This document shows positions 1-9,342 of a DNA stretch of 64,000 bases, in pieces. The stretch is from an uncultured Ignavibacteria bacterium (GTDB lineage: Bacteria; Zixibacteria; MSB-5A5; CAIYYT01). The notes under the pieces were generated by a model, which did not search any database, was not told the origin of the DNA, and saw only the letters and a list, made by a program, of their open reading frames with translations. The first letter of the stretch is position 1. Each line of letters begins with the position of its first letter. The position numbers and the translations under genes are program-made. The stretch spans positions 32,789 through 96,788 of the forward strand of contig CAZQBX010000006.1 of NCBI GenBank assembly GCA_964592145.1, read 5' to 3'.

Positions 1-273
1 GCTAACCGGCAGAATCGCCGGAATACCGGTCACGGCCACCGACAACAGCAGCGCCAGCTTGTTGTACCAGCCTTTTTCGCGGCGCAGAACCGGCCGAATG
101 TTCACCCGCACAATCGATATAACACCCAACAAAAGCGTAAATCCGGCAATAATTGACACCCAACGCAAGAGCTCTCCGCCGACATCGCCAAACTTGCCCG
201 GACTCAATATGAATGCGGCAACCATGGCCATACCTGAAAGGAATGCGATAATAACCGGAATCGTCGTTTTCAT
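1..273 (-). CDS. Hypothetical integral membrane protein (C-terminus runs off the window start)
   Basis: Reverse-strand ATG at 271-273 overlaps the stop of the upstream gene by 1 nt. Translation MKTTIPVIIAFLSGMAMVAAFILSPGKF... has several hydrophobic helices. The ORF is open to position 1. Confidence 0.5.
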   Translation of the reverse strand, partial: MKTTIPVIIAFLSGMAMVAAFILSPGKFGDVGGELLRWVSIIAGFTLLLGVISIVRVNIRPVLRREKGWYNKLALLLSVAVTGIPAILPVS

Positions 274-1148
274 TACATTACCTCGAACAGCTGCTGAAGC
301 CACTCGCTGTCACTCGAAAAAGTGACAATCAGCGTTCCGGCAATGATGGCGGCAATGATCAAAACCTTCATCCAGTCCTGACCCTTTAATCCGCCTAGCA
401 TGATCGGCTCATGGGAAAGATAGGCCGAGGCCGCAAACAGCTCTTCACCCATCAGAGTGTAATCGCACGCCGCAATGAAAAACGGCAACTGCTCCGGCTG
501 TGCCGTACCGGCAATTTGGATCGAACCGGCCGCATTGCCGGTTTCGGCGAGAAGCAGCGACTCTGCATAAAATGCACCCATGAAAATATTGGCAGCCGGA
601 CGCTCTCGCATCATGTAGCCGTTGACCGTTGCCGTGAACGCCATCTGCTCGCCGGCAACATATTGCACGGCGTCGCGGTCCTGCACATCGCCTTTGCCTT
701 CCTCAACATAAGCCTGTTGCACCACTTCCTGCGCCGCTGCCAATACCATCGGATAGCGCACCGGCACATGCAGCGGAGTCTCATATCGCGCAGTAATCTT
801 GGCGACACGGCCCAGAATCGACAGACCGGCAATCGTGTCCATTACGTCAATTTCATTGATTCCCGGGATAAACAACACGGGCCGACCCATCTCTGTGGCA
901 CGACCGACGGCTTCCTCAACAGCGTCAAGACCGGCGAGCTTGCGAATGAACAACTTATCGCCGCGCTTGGCGCGATTTGTGTAGTAGGTAATCGCCGCGG
1001 AGAAAACGATAATCAGAACAACGGCGTTGAACCGATAACTGCGGAACCAGCCTTCATCAGCCGGTGCCGGAGTATCCTGCGCCATAGTGCTCGCACAGAG
1101 AGACAGTGTCAGAATGAATATGAGCGCACAGCGCCGGACAAGAATCAA
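273..1148 (-). CDS. Hypothetical membrane-associated protein (291 aa)
   Basis: Long ORF with an N-terminal hydrophobic stretch (ILTLSLCAS) and additional TM-like segments. Its start overlaps the PGI/PMI stop. No family recognised. Confidence 0.5.
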   Translation of the reverse strand: MILVRRCALIFILTLSLCASTMAQDTPAPADEGWFRSYRFNAVVLIIVFSAAITYYTNRAKRGDKLFIRKLAGLDAVEEAVGRATEMGRPVLFIPGINEIDVMDTIAGLSILGRVAKITARYETPLHVPVRYPMVLAAAQEVVQQAYVEEGKGDVQDRDAVQYVAGEQMAFTATVNGYMMRERPAANIFMGAFYAESLLLAETGNAAGSIQIAGTAQPEQLPFFIAACDYTLMGEELFAASAYLSHEPIMLGGLKGQDWMKVLIIAAIIAGTLIVTFSSDSEWLQQLFEVM

Positions 1149-2209
1149 CGCATCTTCTCCAATGACGTTTTGAGACGGTTAATGACATGTACGGGTGAAG
1201 GGTCAGTTTTGTTGACTAAAGCCAGGTAATAGCTGGCCAAATCACCCAATTGGACCAACGAGAATATCTCGGAAAGCCGGTTTGGCCCCTTAGCCTTCAG
1301 AATCAGCGTCTTGGCGCCTTTCTCGCGCACGATCTTGTCGACAACCTTGATGCGGTTGGTGACACCTTTGGAATCCCCCGGACCCGACAAGAACAACACC
1401 AACAGCTTCTTGACCAATGGCTTGGGATAGTCAAATCCGACCAACTCGTTGTGGTTGAATTCGGGGCAAATATTGGCATATGACAGGTGCTTACCGTTCT
1501 CGCAAATCTGACCCTTGAACCGGATTGCCGCCACATCGTAGTAATCGGCGCCGGCATACACGATTCCGATCTTGTCTTTCAGTAGATTCGCCAGCTTCTT
1601 GGCTTCATTGCGGGCTTCCGCAACACTCACCGCCATCTTCTTGCGATTCTCTTCCAGAAACGCACAGGTATCGGCGATAATCTGATTTTGATTGGGGATG
1701 AAGCCCATCGTTTGCATCAGTTGCAGAATCGGGCCAAAAGACAACCCCAACGCTGCCCGCGGCTCAAAACCTCCGGGGAGAATCACATGCGGATAATTGC
1801 CGTCGATGGCCGCCTGCCCGATTTTGCCGCCGGTCGTGGCTACCAAAATTTTGCAGCCGCGCCGCTTGGCTTCCTCAAACGAAGCTATCGTCTCCTCCGT
1901 GTTTCCCGAATACGAAGACACAATCACCAGCGTGCTGGAATCGACGAACATCGGCAGACCATAATTGCGATTGATGAACAACGGCACGGTGAGCTGATCT
2001 GCTAAATAGGTGCGGACAAAATCGCCGCCGATCGCCGAACCGCCCATGCCGGCGATCACGATGTTCTTAAACTGCCCGGCCGAATAATTCGACAGATCGC
2101 CGTTGATCGGCAGCTCGAATCCGGTCCGCAATTGCTGGGGAAAATCAAAAATTCGCTGGTACATGTTGGTCGGGTCGAATTTCGTTATGGTCGCTTGAGT
2201 CAACTCCAT
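1145..2209 (-). CDS. Bifunctional phosphoglucose/phosphomannose isomerase (SIS-domain, archaeal-type PGI/PMI family)
   Basis: 354 aa with SIS-domain signatures (IAGMGGSAIGGD, VSSYSGNTEET). The length and motif layout are typical of the PGI/PMI family. Confidence 0.75.
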   Translation of the reverse strand: MELTQATITKFDPTNMYQRIFDFPQQLRTGFELPINGDLSNYSAGQFKNIVIAGMGGSAIGGDFVRTYLADQLTVPLFINRNYGLPMFVDSSTLVIVSSYSGNTEETIASFEEAKRRGCKILVATTGGKIGQAAIDGNYPHVILPGGFEPRAALGLSFGPILQLMQTMGFIPNQNQIIADTCAFLEENRKKMAVSVAEARNEAKKLANLLKDKIGIVYAGADYYDVAAIRFKGQICENGKHLSYANICPEFNHNELVGFDYPKPLVKKLLVLFLSGPGDSKGVTNRIKVVDKIVREKGAKTLILKAKGPNRLSEIFSLVQLGDLASYYLALVNKTDPSPVHVINRLKTSLEKMR

Positions 2210-4000
2210 TTAATCCTCCACGAATTCCTTGCTCACATGAGCCTCAATCCAATTATTCAATACCGCCTCGACCTTTTCAATAGTCGCCAATTTCATGATC
2301 CGTTCGGCGAGTGCCTGGCATTCAGAGTAATCGAGTTCGGCTATCAGCTTTTTCACCCGCGCTACTCGAGGTGGAACTACCGAGAAGCCGTCGAGCCCGA
2401 GTCCCACCAGCAGCGGTACGGCTTCCATTCGCGATGCCATTTCCCCGCACAGTGTCACTGGCACATTGTGTTTCCTGCCGGCGTCGATAGTCATTTTGAT
2501 CAACCTCAGCACGGCCGGATGCAGCTCACGATACAGCCCTGCCACCTTCTTGTTTCCGCGATCGGCGGCCAGCGTGTACTGCACGAGATCGTTGGTGCCG
2601 ATGCTGAAAAAACAAACGTGGCGCGCCAGCTCATCGGCCATTAAGGCAGCCGACGGCACTTCTATCATGATGCCTACATCAATGTTCTCGTCGAACGGAA
2701 TCCCTTCTGCGTGAAGTTCTTTCATGGCGCTATGCAGAATACGCTTGGCTTTGACCAACTCCATCGAGGTCGAAACCATCGGCAGCATGATTTTGACATT
2801 TTTGTTTGTCGAGGCCCGCAAGATCGCGCGAATCTGGGTCTTGAACACGTCCGGCATGTCGAGATCGAGCCGAATACCGCGCCAGCCCAGCGCCGGATTG
2901 ACATCTTCAGAATCGCGGTAATCGCCGACGACCTTATCTGATCCCAGATCATAAACACGAAGCGTCACATTGTTGGGGAAAAACGTCCGTGCAATGTTGG
3001 CATAGATCTTCGCTTGCTCATCTTCGGTCGGGAATTTCATCCGGGTCAAATAGAAAAACTCGGTGCGGTACAAACCCACACCAACCTTGTTGCTCGCCAG
3101 GATTTCGTCGACATCTGTCGGGATTTCAAGATTCGCCAGTACCGCAATTTCCCGGCCATCGCTCGTTGTCGAGGGAATCTTGCCGATTCCACGCAGCTGC
3201 TTTGCGATAACCGTGCGCCGGCGTTTCTGCTCTTCCTTGTACTCTTCAAGCGTGGCCTTCTCGGGATTGACAATAACCCAGCCGCTTTCACCATCGATAA
3301 TGGTCGTTGCATTGTCCGGTATCTTCTCGAGCAATTTGCTGACACCGACGACACCGGGAATCGACAGCGACTTGGCGATCAGCGTCATGTGCGAGGTCTG
3401 CCCGCCCAGCGATGTCGCAAAACCGGGTATATGATACTTGCCCATTAGCACGACTTCGCCCGGAGAGAAATCTTCCGCCAGCGCAATCTTGCCGTCATTG
3501 TTCGACAGCTTGTTGACATGATGGCCGATCAGATACCCGAACACTTTTGCCGCCGTCGCATTGATATCATTCGCCATCTCTTTGAGATAGCTGTCCTGCG
3601 ACTTTCGCAAAGAGGTCAACGTCCGCTGCAGGTGGCGATTATAAACATACTCCGCGTTAAGCTTGAACTTGGCAATGTCATGGCACACCGCGTCAAAAAA
3701 TGCCTTGTCATCCAATATCAGCAACTGAGCCTCAAAAATCTTCGCCAGCTGATTCCCGACCGAACTGTCTGCCTCATCGTGAATCTGCTCCAGCTCCTTT
3801 CGGGCCGATGCGATCGCATTCTGCAGACGATTAACCTCGGCATCTACTTGGTCGGCTTCAATCTGCTGCTTGGTAATGGTGTGCGGCGCGTTGTCGTGTT
3901 TGAAACAGCGGCCAATGGCGATACCGGGTGAAGCAACCAGCCCGCGCAGCCGTATCTCTTTCGCGTGCGTGGAATCTATCTGTTTATCTTTGAGAGGCAT
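2210..4000 (-). CDS. ptsI: Phosphoenolpyruvate-protein phosphotransferase (PTS Enzyme I)
   Basis: 596 aa. It has an N-terminal HPr-binding domain, an active-site His region (GGQTSHMTLIAKSLSIPGVVG) and a C-terminal PEP-utilising domain (RTEFFYL, CGEMA). Confidence 0.9.
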   Translation of the reverse strand: MPLKDKQIDSTHAKEIRLRGLVASPGIAIGRCFKHDNAPHTITKQQIEADQVDAEVNRLQNAIASARKELEQIHDEADSSVGNQLAKIFEAQLLILDDKAFFDAVCHDIAKFKLNAEYVYNRHLQRTLTSLRKSQDSYLKEMANDINATAAKVFGYLIGHHVNKLSNNDGKIALAEDFSPGEVVLMGKYHIPGFATSLGGQTSHMTLIAKSLSIPGVVGVSKLLEKIPDNATTIIDGESGWVIVNPEKATLEEYKEEQKRRRTVIAKQLRGIGKIPSTTSDGREIAVLANLEIPTDVDEILASNKVGVGLYRTEFFYLTRMKFPTEDEQAKIYANIARTFFPNNVTLRVYDLGSDKVVGDYRDSEDVNPALGWRGIRLDLDMPDVFKTQIRAILRASTNKNVKIMLPMVSTSMELVKAKRILHSAMKELHAEGIPFDENIDVGIMIEVPSAALMADELARHVCFFSIGTNDLVQYTLAADRGNKKVAGLYRELHPAVLRLIKMTIDAGRKHNVPVTLCGEMASRMEAVPLLVGLGLDGFSVVPPRVARVKKLIAELDYSECQALAERIMKLATIEKVEAVLNNWIEAHVSKEFVED

Positions 4001-4059
4001 TTTATGTGTTGGATACCTTGAAGCCTGCTTCTGCAGGAAGTCGTTTTTTTCCGCACAAA

Positions 4060-4326
4060 TCAGTCAAACTTCGATGCGATTACTTCGCACATCGTTTTGA
4101 CAGCTTCTTCTTCATCTTCCCCCGAAGCTGTGACCGTAATGTCGGCGCCCATCTCTGCCGCCAACATCATCACACCCATGATCGACTTGCCGTTAACTTC
4201 GAGCCCCTCTTTCTCCAACGTGATATCCGACTTAAAACGAGTTGCCGTCTGCACCACTTTGGCGGAAGGACGCGCGTGCAAGCCTAACTTATTGTTTATC
4301 TTAACCGTTTTAGAGACCAAGTTCAA
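4060..4326 (-). CDS. ptsH: Phosphocarrier protein HPr
   Basis: 88 aa carrying the canonical GLHARPS active-site His motif. Confidence 0.9.
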   Translation of the reverse strand: MNLVSKTVKINNKLGLHARPSAKVVQTATRFKSDITLEKEGLEVNGKSIMGVMMLAAEMGADITVTASGEDEEEAVKTMCEVIASKFD

Positions 4327-4332
4327 ATCCTT

Positions 4333-5454
4333 TTACACTGTGCGGAGAAAAAGTTTCCCCGGAAGCTGCCGCACCAGGCCGGCCATCTCAAGACTAAGAA
4401 GCAGCGACAGAACTTCACCCACCGGTCGATGCACGGAGTTGGATAGACTATCAACTAATTGCGGTTGCATCGAAAGGCTATCATATATGAGTTGTTCTGC
4501 CTCCGGCAGACTGATTCGCGGTCTCTCCTTGGCAGCTGTTCGGGAACGCGGATCGATCCCGAGCGCCAACAACACATCTGCCGCCTGGGTGACGGGAATC
4601 GCTCCCTGTTTGATCAGTTCGTTGGAACCGTGCGACGGCGTCGAGGTGATATTCCCCGGAACAGCAAAAACCTCGCGGTTTTGGTCAATCGCATGCTGCG
4701 CCGTGACCAATGCACCGGAGCCCTTCCGCGCTTCGACCACGATCACGCCCCTGGAAATACCCGAGATGATCCGGTTTCTCGCGGGAAAATTGAACTTCTC
4801 CGGCCGCGTCCCAAACTCAAACTCGGTAACGACCGCACCTGAACCGGCAACTGCTTCATACAATCCCTTATGCTCAGGCGGATAAACCACATCCAGCCCG
4901 CATCCCAGCACCCCGATAGTCCGCCCGCCGCCGGCAAGTGCCGTTTGGTGCGCTATCGAGTCAATTCCCCGCGCCAGCCCCGACACGATCGTCAGCCCTT
5001 GCTTGCAGAGATCTCTTACCAGCAGCTCGGTGACCTGTCGTCCATACTCACTGCTCATCCGACTGCCGACAATTGCAACAGCCAAGCGGTCTTCAGGCCG
5101 GAAGTCTCCCTTCACAATCAGAAACGGCGGCGAGTCATAAATGCGCTTGAGATGTTCTGGATAGTCATCGTCGAAAATAGTAACCAAGTGTGCATTATGG
5201 CGTTCAAGTTTGCCAAGTTGCTCCTCGGCATGCTTCTCATCAACCTGGTCTTTGAGAGCCTTGACCACCTTCTCGCCGATTTCCGGGACTCCATTTAGCT
5301 CTTTTGGCGAAGCCTCCAGCACCGCTTGCGGCGATCCGAAATGCTTTACCAGCGCGACATAGCGCACCACTCCGATTCCCGGAACAGTATTGAGCGCAAA
5401 CCACCAGTAACGCGGATCATTCCGAAGCGACATCGCTATCCAACCTGGATTCAA
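4333..5454 (-). CDS. dprA: DNA-processing protein DprA (Smf)
   Basis: 373 aa with a Rossmann-like DprA core (GLARGIDSIAHQTAL, VLGCGLDVVYP) and a C-terminal winged-helix-like tail. Its start overlaps the obg stop. Confidence 0.85.
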   Translation of the reverse strand: MNPGWIAMSLRNDPRYWWFALNTVPGIGVVRYVALVKHFGSPQAVLEASPKELNGVPEIGEKVVKALKDQVDEKHAEEQLGKLERHNAHLVTIFDDDYPEHLKRIYDSPPFLIVKGDFRPEDRLAVAIVGSRMSSEYGRQVTELLVRDLCKQGLTIVSGLARGIDSIAHQTALAGGGRTIGVLGCGLDVVYPPEHKGLYEAVAGSGAVVTEFEFGTRPEKFNFPARNRIISGISRGVIVVEARKGSGALVTAQHAIDQNREVFAVPGNITSTPSHGSNELIKQGAIPVTQAADVLLALGIDPRSRTAAKERPRISLPEAEQLIYDSLSMQPQLVDSLSNSVHRPVGEVLSLLLSLEMAGLVRQLPGKLFLRTV

Positions 5455-6427
5455 GCAGTTTATCCCATAGACGAGCTACAGCCACGTCGATATTCATCTT
5501 CTCCAGCGCGGAAATCGCAATCATATCTTCATTGACTGCGGCTTCAATTTCGGCGCGCCTTTCTTCATCAAGAGCATCAAGCTTATTAAACAATACAAGC
5601 TCCGACCGGTTAAGCAACGTCGGATCATAAGCCAACAGTTCCTGTTTCAACGATGTAAACTGAGCACCATAGTTTGGATCCGACACATCGAGGATAAAAC
5701 ACAACACCCGCACACGTTGTATGTGCCGCAGAAATTGTAGCCCCAATCCCTTACCCATGCTGGCACCTTCGATGATTCCCGGAATGTCTGCAACAGTGAA
5801 TGTCTGCCAATCGGCGCGACGCACCACTCCGAGATTCGGTGTCAGAGTCGTAAACGGATACGAAGCAATCTTCGGCTTGGCGTCCGAAACCGCTGCCAAA
5901 AAAGTCGACTTGCCGGCATTGGGATAGCCCACCAATCCGACATCAGCGACCAGCTTTAGTTCAAGTATCAGAAAACGTTCTTCGCCGGCTCGTCCGGCGT
6001 CTGCTCGTCTCGGAGTTTGGTTTGTTGCCGACTTGAAATGGTTGTTTCCTCGTCCACCGATGCCGCCTTTGCAGACGATGTACTCCTCCCCTTCTTTCTC
6101 CAAATCGCAGATTAGGTCGCCTGTCTCCTTGTCGCGAATGAGCGTTCCCGGCGGAACCTTGATCCGCAAGTCATCTCCACCTTTGCCGCTTCGCAGTCCG
6201 GATTCCCCTTGCGCGCCGTCCTCGGCGTGGTACTTAAGCCGATAAGTGAAGTCGCGCAGTGTATTCAAGTTGGTATCGACCACGAATACGACATCGCCGC
6301 CCTTACCACCATCACCGCCATCGGGCCCGCCCTTGGGGATAAACTTTTCCGTCCTGAACCCGATTTTCCCCGGACCGCCGTGACCCGCACGGACAAAGAT
6401 TTCACATAAATCAACAAATCGCTGCAT
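5417..6427 (-). CDS. obg: GTPase Obg/CgtA
   Basis: 336 aa with an N-terminal glycine-rich Obg fold (GGPDGGDGGKGGDV) followed by a GTPase domain (GYPNAGKST, DIPG). Confidence 0.9.
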   Translation of the reverse strand: MQRFVDLCEIFVRAGHGGPGKIGFRTEKFIPKGGPDGGDGGKGGDVVFVVDTNLNTLRDFTYRLKYHAEDGAQGESGLRSGKGGDDLRIKVPPGTLIRDKETGDLICDLEKEGEEYIVCKGGIGGRGNNHFKSATNQTPRRADAGRAGEERFLILELKLVADVGLVGYPNAGKSTFLAAVSDAKPKIASYPFTTLTPNLGVVRRADWQTFTVADIPGIIEGASMGKGLGLQFLRHIQRVRVLCFILDVSDPNYGAQFTSLKQELLAYDPTLLNRSELVLFNKLDALDEERRAEIEAAVNEDMIAISALEKMNIDVAVARLWDKLLESRLDSDVASE

Positions 6428-6529
6428 AGAGTCGATGCAAGTATAGGCTAAAGTGGGGAGCCGAACAATGGAAATAACGGGGTGACAAGCGAATCAATGA
6501 GGTATGCTCAAATCTGCAGCGGGCAATCC

Positions 6530-9133
6530 TCAACGACTCTCTCGGGTATTAACCCGGTATCGCGTCAGTGACCCGCTCCGGCGAAACTCGGAATTGAAGC
6601 TGCACCACATCTTGTAGTAAACGTCAAACTGTATAATACCTACTCCGGGAGCAACTATGTAAGTTTCGCTGTAAGTCCCTATCCAAATGTTGTGCGACGA
6701 AAGGTAGCACATATTGGGATTCGAGGAAGTGTATTTTATGCAACCTGTAAACGTCCCGGCCGGTACTGTTACCGGTGTTTGCAGCCTGCTTACCTGGCGG
6801 TCCCCATGGTAAGAATTTTCAGCGTGAACATACACTGGATAGCTGTCTGCGTCGCCGCCTGGTACAACCAACTCTGGACCATAAGTGCTAAACAGCGTGT
6901 CTTCGCTGACCCTCACCTTGGTCGTAAATGGATCGAAGTCACCGGACATGTACCACCACGTCGTGTCGGAACTAATCAGGCTACCCCAAACAGAAATACT
7001 GTCACGACTGGAATAGACCCAGTAATTGCCAACCGTCATCGGCACTAATGACACTTGTCCGGGTGTTTCTCCAGCCACTACGAAGACGATTTTTTCGCTA
7101 TCGGACATCGTGCCGTCACTCACAGTGAACTGAATCCGGTACTCAGCTAGGTCTAAGGGATTCCATGAATAGATGAATTCCGCTGTCGAATCGCTTGTCG
7201 GGAATAACTTCGCGCTTGGCGGTTGCCCACTCATGCTAAATGTCAGTTGATCGCCATCGCCGTCGACTGCAGATAATGAAATCACCGACAACTGATCAAC
7301 TGCGCATCCGTGCGCACCGACATGTCTCAGCTCAGGCCGTACGTTGCGGTTCGAGACATCGAAAGCTATGGTGGCTTCGTCCTCAAATGAGCCATCGCTG
7401 ACGAAGACATCGACGAAGTGTATGCCGTGCTGGTTATAACTCGGGTGAAAATGTACTTGCACCCTGTCGTTAGGTAGTTTGTCCATATAAGCGTTATCCG
7501 GCAACGTTGAAGTCCGATAGAATAGCTCATCCCCATCTTCATTCACAACGTTTAGAACAACATAGACGGAACGCCCTTCCTCAAGAGTCACTGAAGTATC
7601 CTTAACAGTGAAGTAAGGCTTGAAATTGATCGACAGCAGATAGATCTTAGTGGTATCAGCAAGTATCCCGTCTGAAACAATCATCGTCACCAGTACCGGT
7701 GAATAACGAGGTAAATTCTTCACAGGAACCAGCAACAACATACCAGTGCCGTCCGCCAACCATTCCAGTCGGTGTCCTGGTAGCTGCCCGACGACGCTAT
7801 ACAAAAGAGAGTCGCCGTCACCGTCAAACCCAAAAATTGATGTCGAAAATGTATCGGCACGAGCCAACTCCATTGTCATCCCTTCAACTACTCCAGGAAC
7901 TCTTATCTCGGGCGCATGATTCTCTCGAACGGTTAGTGACACGTTTAGCGTCTTCTCGCGCACCCCGTCTGAAGCCGTAAACGTCACGACATACTCTCCG
8001 GTCTGGCTGCTACTCGGAAACCAGGTGAACCGTCCCTTCCCACCATAAAACAGCGTAAAGGCTGCACCGTCTGGCAGTCCGTCGGCCGAAATAGTCACCT
8101 GCTCATTTTCCGGGTCGCGAGCGTGAACGTCAAATGTAATCTGTTCTCCATAACGGACAGCAATTGGTGAGATGGGATCGAATGTCGGCGCGACATTGCC
8201 GCCTGCCGAGGAATCGTCGATTGAAAATGAAAACATTTCCTCAATCGGATTTCCCATTTCTGCGAATTGTCTAAGGTTGAGCTTAACCACACTTCCCGTT
8301 TCGACATGTTCTTGAATTGTCGATAAGAATGGTTTAATACTGAAGCGTAGTTGATGTTCGGCTTCGCCAACCGAACATACGGTAATCTTCGAAGTGTGCC
8401 GCAGCCACAGAGTGAAGTTGAGCGTGTCGCCTTTGAGCGACGGACTCGGTAACAGGTTCAATTCAAAGTAATGCCTTGTGCAGGGATTGGCGACCTTTAC
8501 CGCCATTTGAAGTGCATTTCCCTGTAGGTCCGACGATAGTATCTCGCTGTTCGTTGGCGGAATCGAATCCAGTGGCAACTCGGAGACTCGGCTGGCGCCA
8601 GACCATCCTGCGCCATTTCCTTGTGCTTCGCTCACCAAAAGCGTCGCGACAACCTTGTTGTTAATCTGATGAGTAACGGGATGGATGCTGACGTGGCTGT
8701 GCTCAAGCGCAACTAATTCAAATTCATAACCCAGCGTATCTAAAGCCAATGCCCGCAGGGTATCCGCTTCTAATGTGCCAAAAGTCGCAACTTCGAGGGT
8801 AGTCGCCTTCCCACCAGCCTTCTTCACGGACAGCCGTATCTCCGCTATTCCCGGCCACTGGCAAATGTTCGATGGCGGACATCGATAGTCAAATGTCACT
8901 TCAGCAAATGTGATTGACAACTGATCGGGCTCAATGACAACAGATTGGCCAAGTTCAATTTCGATCAGATCGTTTAATCCGAAATGTGTAACCTGGTTTG
9001 GTTTCTCTGAACAGGTCAGCAGTGTGAGCCCGAAAATCGCAATGACAATTGAGGCGAAATGACTAAGTCGCAAGAGCCCTCCTATTGAGATTCTGAAGGC
9101 AATCTCTACACACAATATACCGGACAACGCCAC
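6530..9133 (-). CDS. Large surface lipoprotein/adhesin-like protein with multiple Ig-/cadherin-like (He_PIG-type) repeats
   Basis: 867 aa with repeated ~90-aa modules ending in ...T(F/V)TVSDG... and an N-terminal signal plus a possible lipobox (LTLLTC). The true start may be the TTG at ~9073 preceded by AGGAGGG. Confidence 0.6.
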   Translation of the reverse strand: MALSGILCVEIAFRISIGGLLRLSHFASIVIAIFGLTLLTCSEKPNQVTHFGLNDLIEIELGQSVVIEPDQLSITFAEVTFDYRCPPSNICQWPGIAEIRLSVKKAGGKATTLEVATFGTLEADTLRALALDTLGYEFELVALEHSHVSIHPVTHQINNKVVATLLVSEAQGNGAGWSGASRVSELPLDSIPPTNSEILSSDLQGNALQMAVKVANPCTRHYFELNLLPSPSLKGDTLNFTLWLRHTSKITVCSVGEAEHQLRFSIKPFLSTIQEHVETGSVVKLNLRQFAEMGNPIEEMFSFSIDDSSAGGNVAPTFDPISPIAVRYGEQITFDVHARDPENEQVTISADGLPDGAAFTLFYGGKGRFTWFPSSSQTGEYVVTFTASDGVREKTLNVSLTVRENHAPEIRVPGVVEGMTMELARADTFSTSIFGFDGDGDSLLYSVVGQLPGHRLEWLADGTGMLLLVPVKNLPRYSPVLVTMIVSDGILADTTKIYLLSINFKPYFTVKDTSVTLEEGRSVYVVLNVVNEDGDELFYRTSTLPDNAYMDKLPNDRVQVHFHPSYNQHGIHFVDVFVSDGSFEDEATIAFDVSNRNVRPELRHVGAHGCAVDQLSVISLSAVDGDGDQLTFSMSGQPPSAKLFPTSDSTAEFIYSWNPLDLAEYRIQFTVSDGTMSDSEKIVFVVAGETPGQVSLVPMTVGNYWVYSSRDSISVWGSLISSDTTWWYMSGDFDPFTTKVRVSEDTLFSTYGPELVVPGGDADSYPVYVHAENSYHGDRQVSRLQTPVTVPAGTFTGCIKYTSSNPNMCYLSSHNIWIGTYSETYIVAPGVGIIQFDVYYKMWCSFNSEFRRSGSLTRYRVNTRESR

Positions 9134-9196
9134 TTTTGTCCACTATTTTTGATGCTTGATGTCGCTGGATCAGCTTGCCGCCATGCAGTTGCGCAC

Positions 9197-9221
9197 GGTA
9201 GGTCTCCTTACCGGAATCTCG
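9197..9221. repeat. Type 3 short intergenic repeat
   Basis: ggtaggtctccttaccggaatctcg closely matches gggtgggtctccttgccgaaatctcg at 10592-10617. Confidence 0.45.
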
Positions 9222-9342
9222 CCCACCTTCAGATCACTTCCCCAGAAACCAGCCAGGCACTTTCAGCTGGTTGGACTTTTGTGGGCTCTCCTCCAGTCGT
9301 ATCTCTCCTAACCCGCCAAGCTACCCACCCGTCTTTCGCCCC

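Noticed and set aside
8095-8370. Small ORFs on both strands inside the 867-aa adhesin gene
   Set aside because: Embedded in a long, repeat-structured coding frame with consistent domain periodicity. Alternative frames lack motifs.
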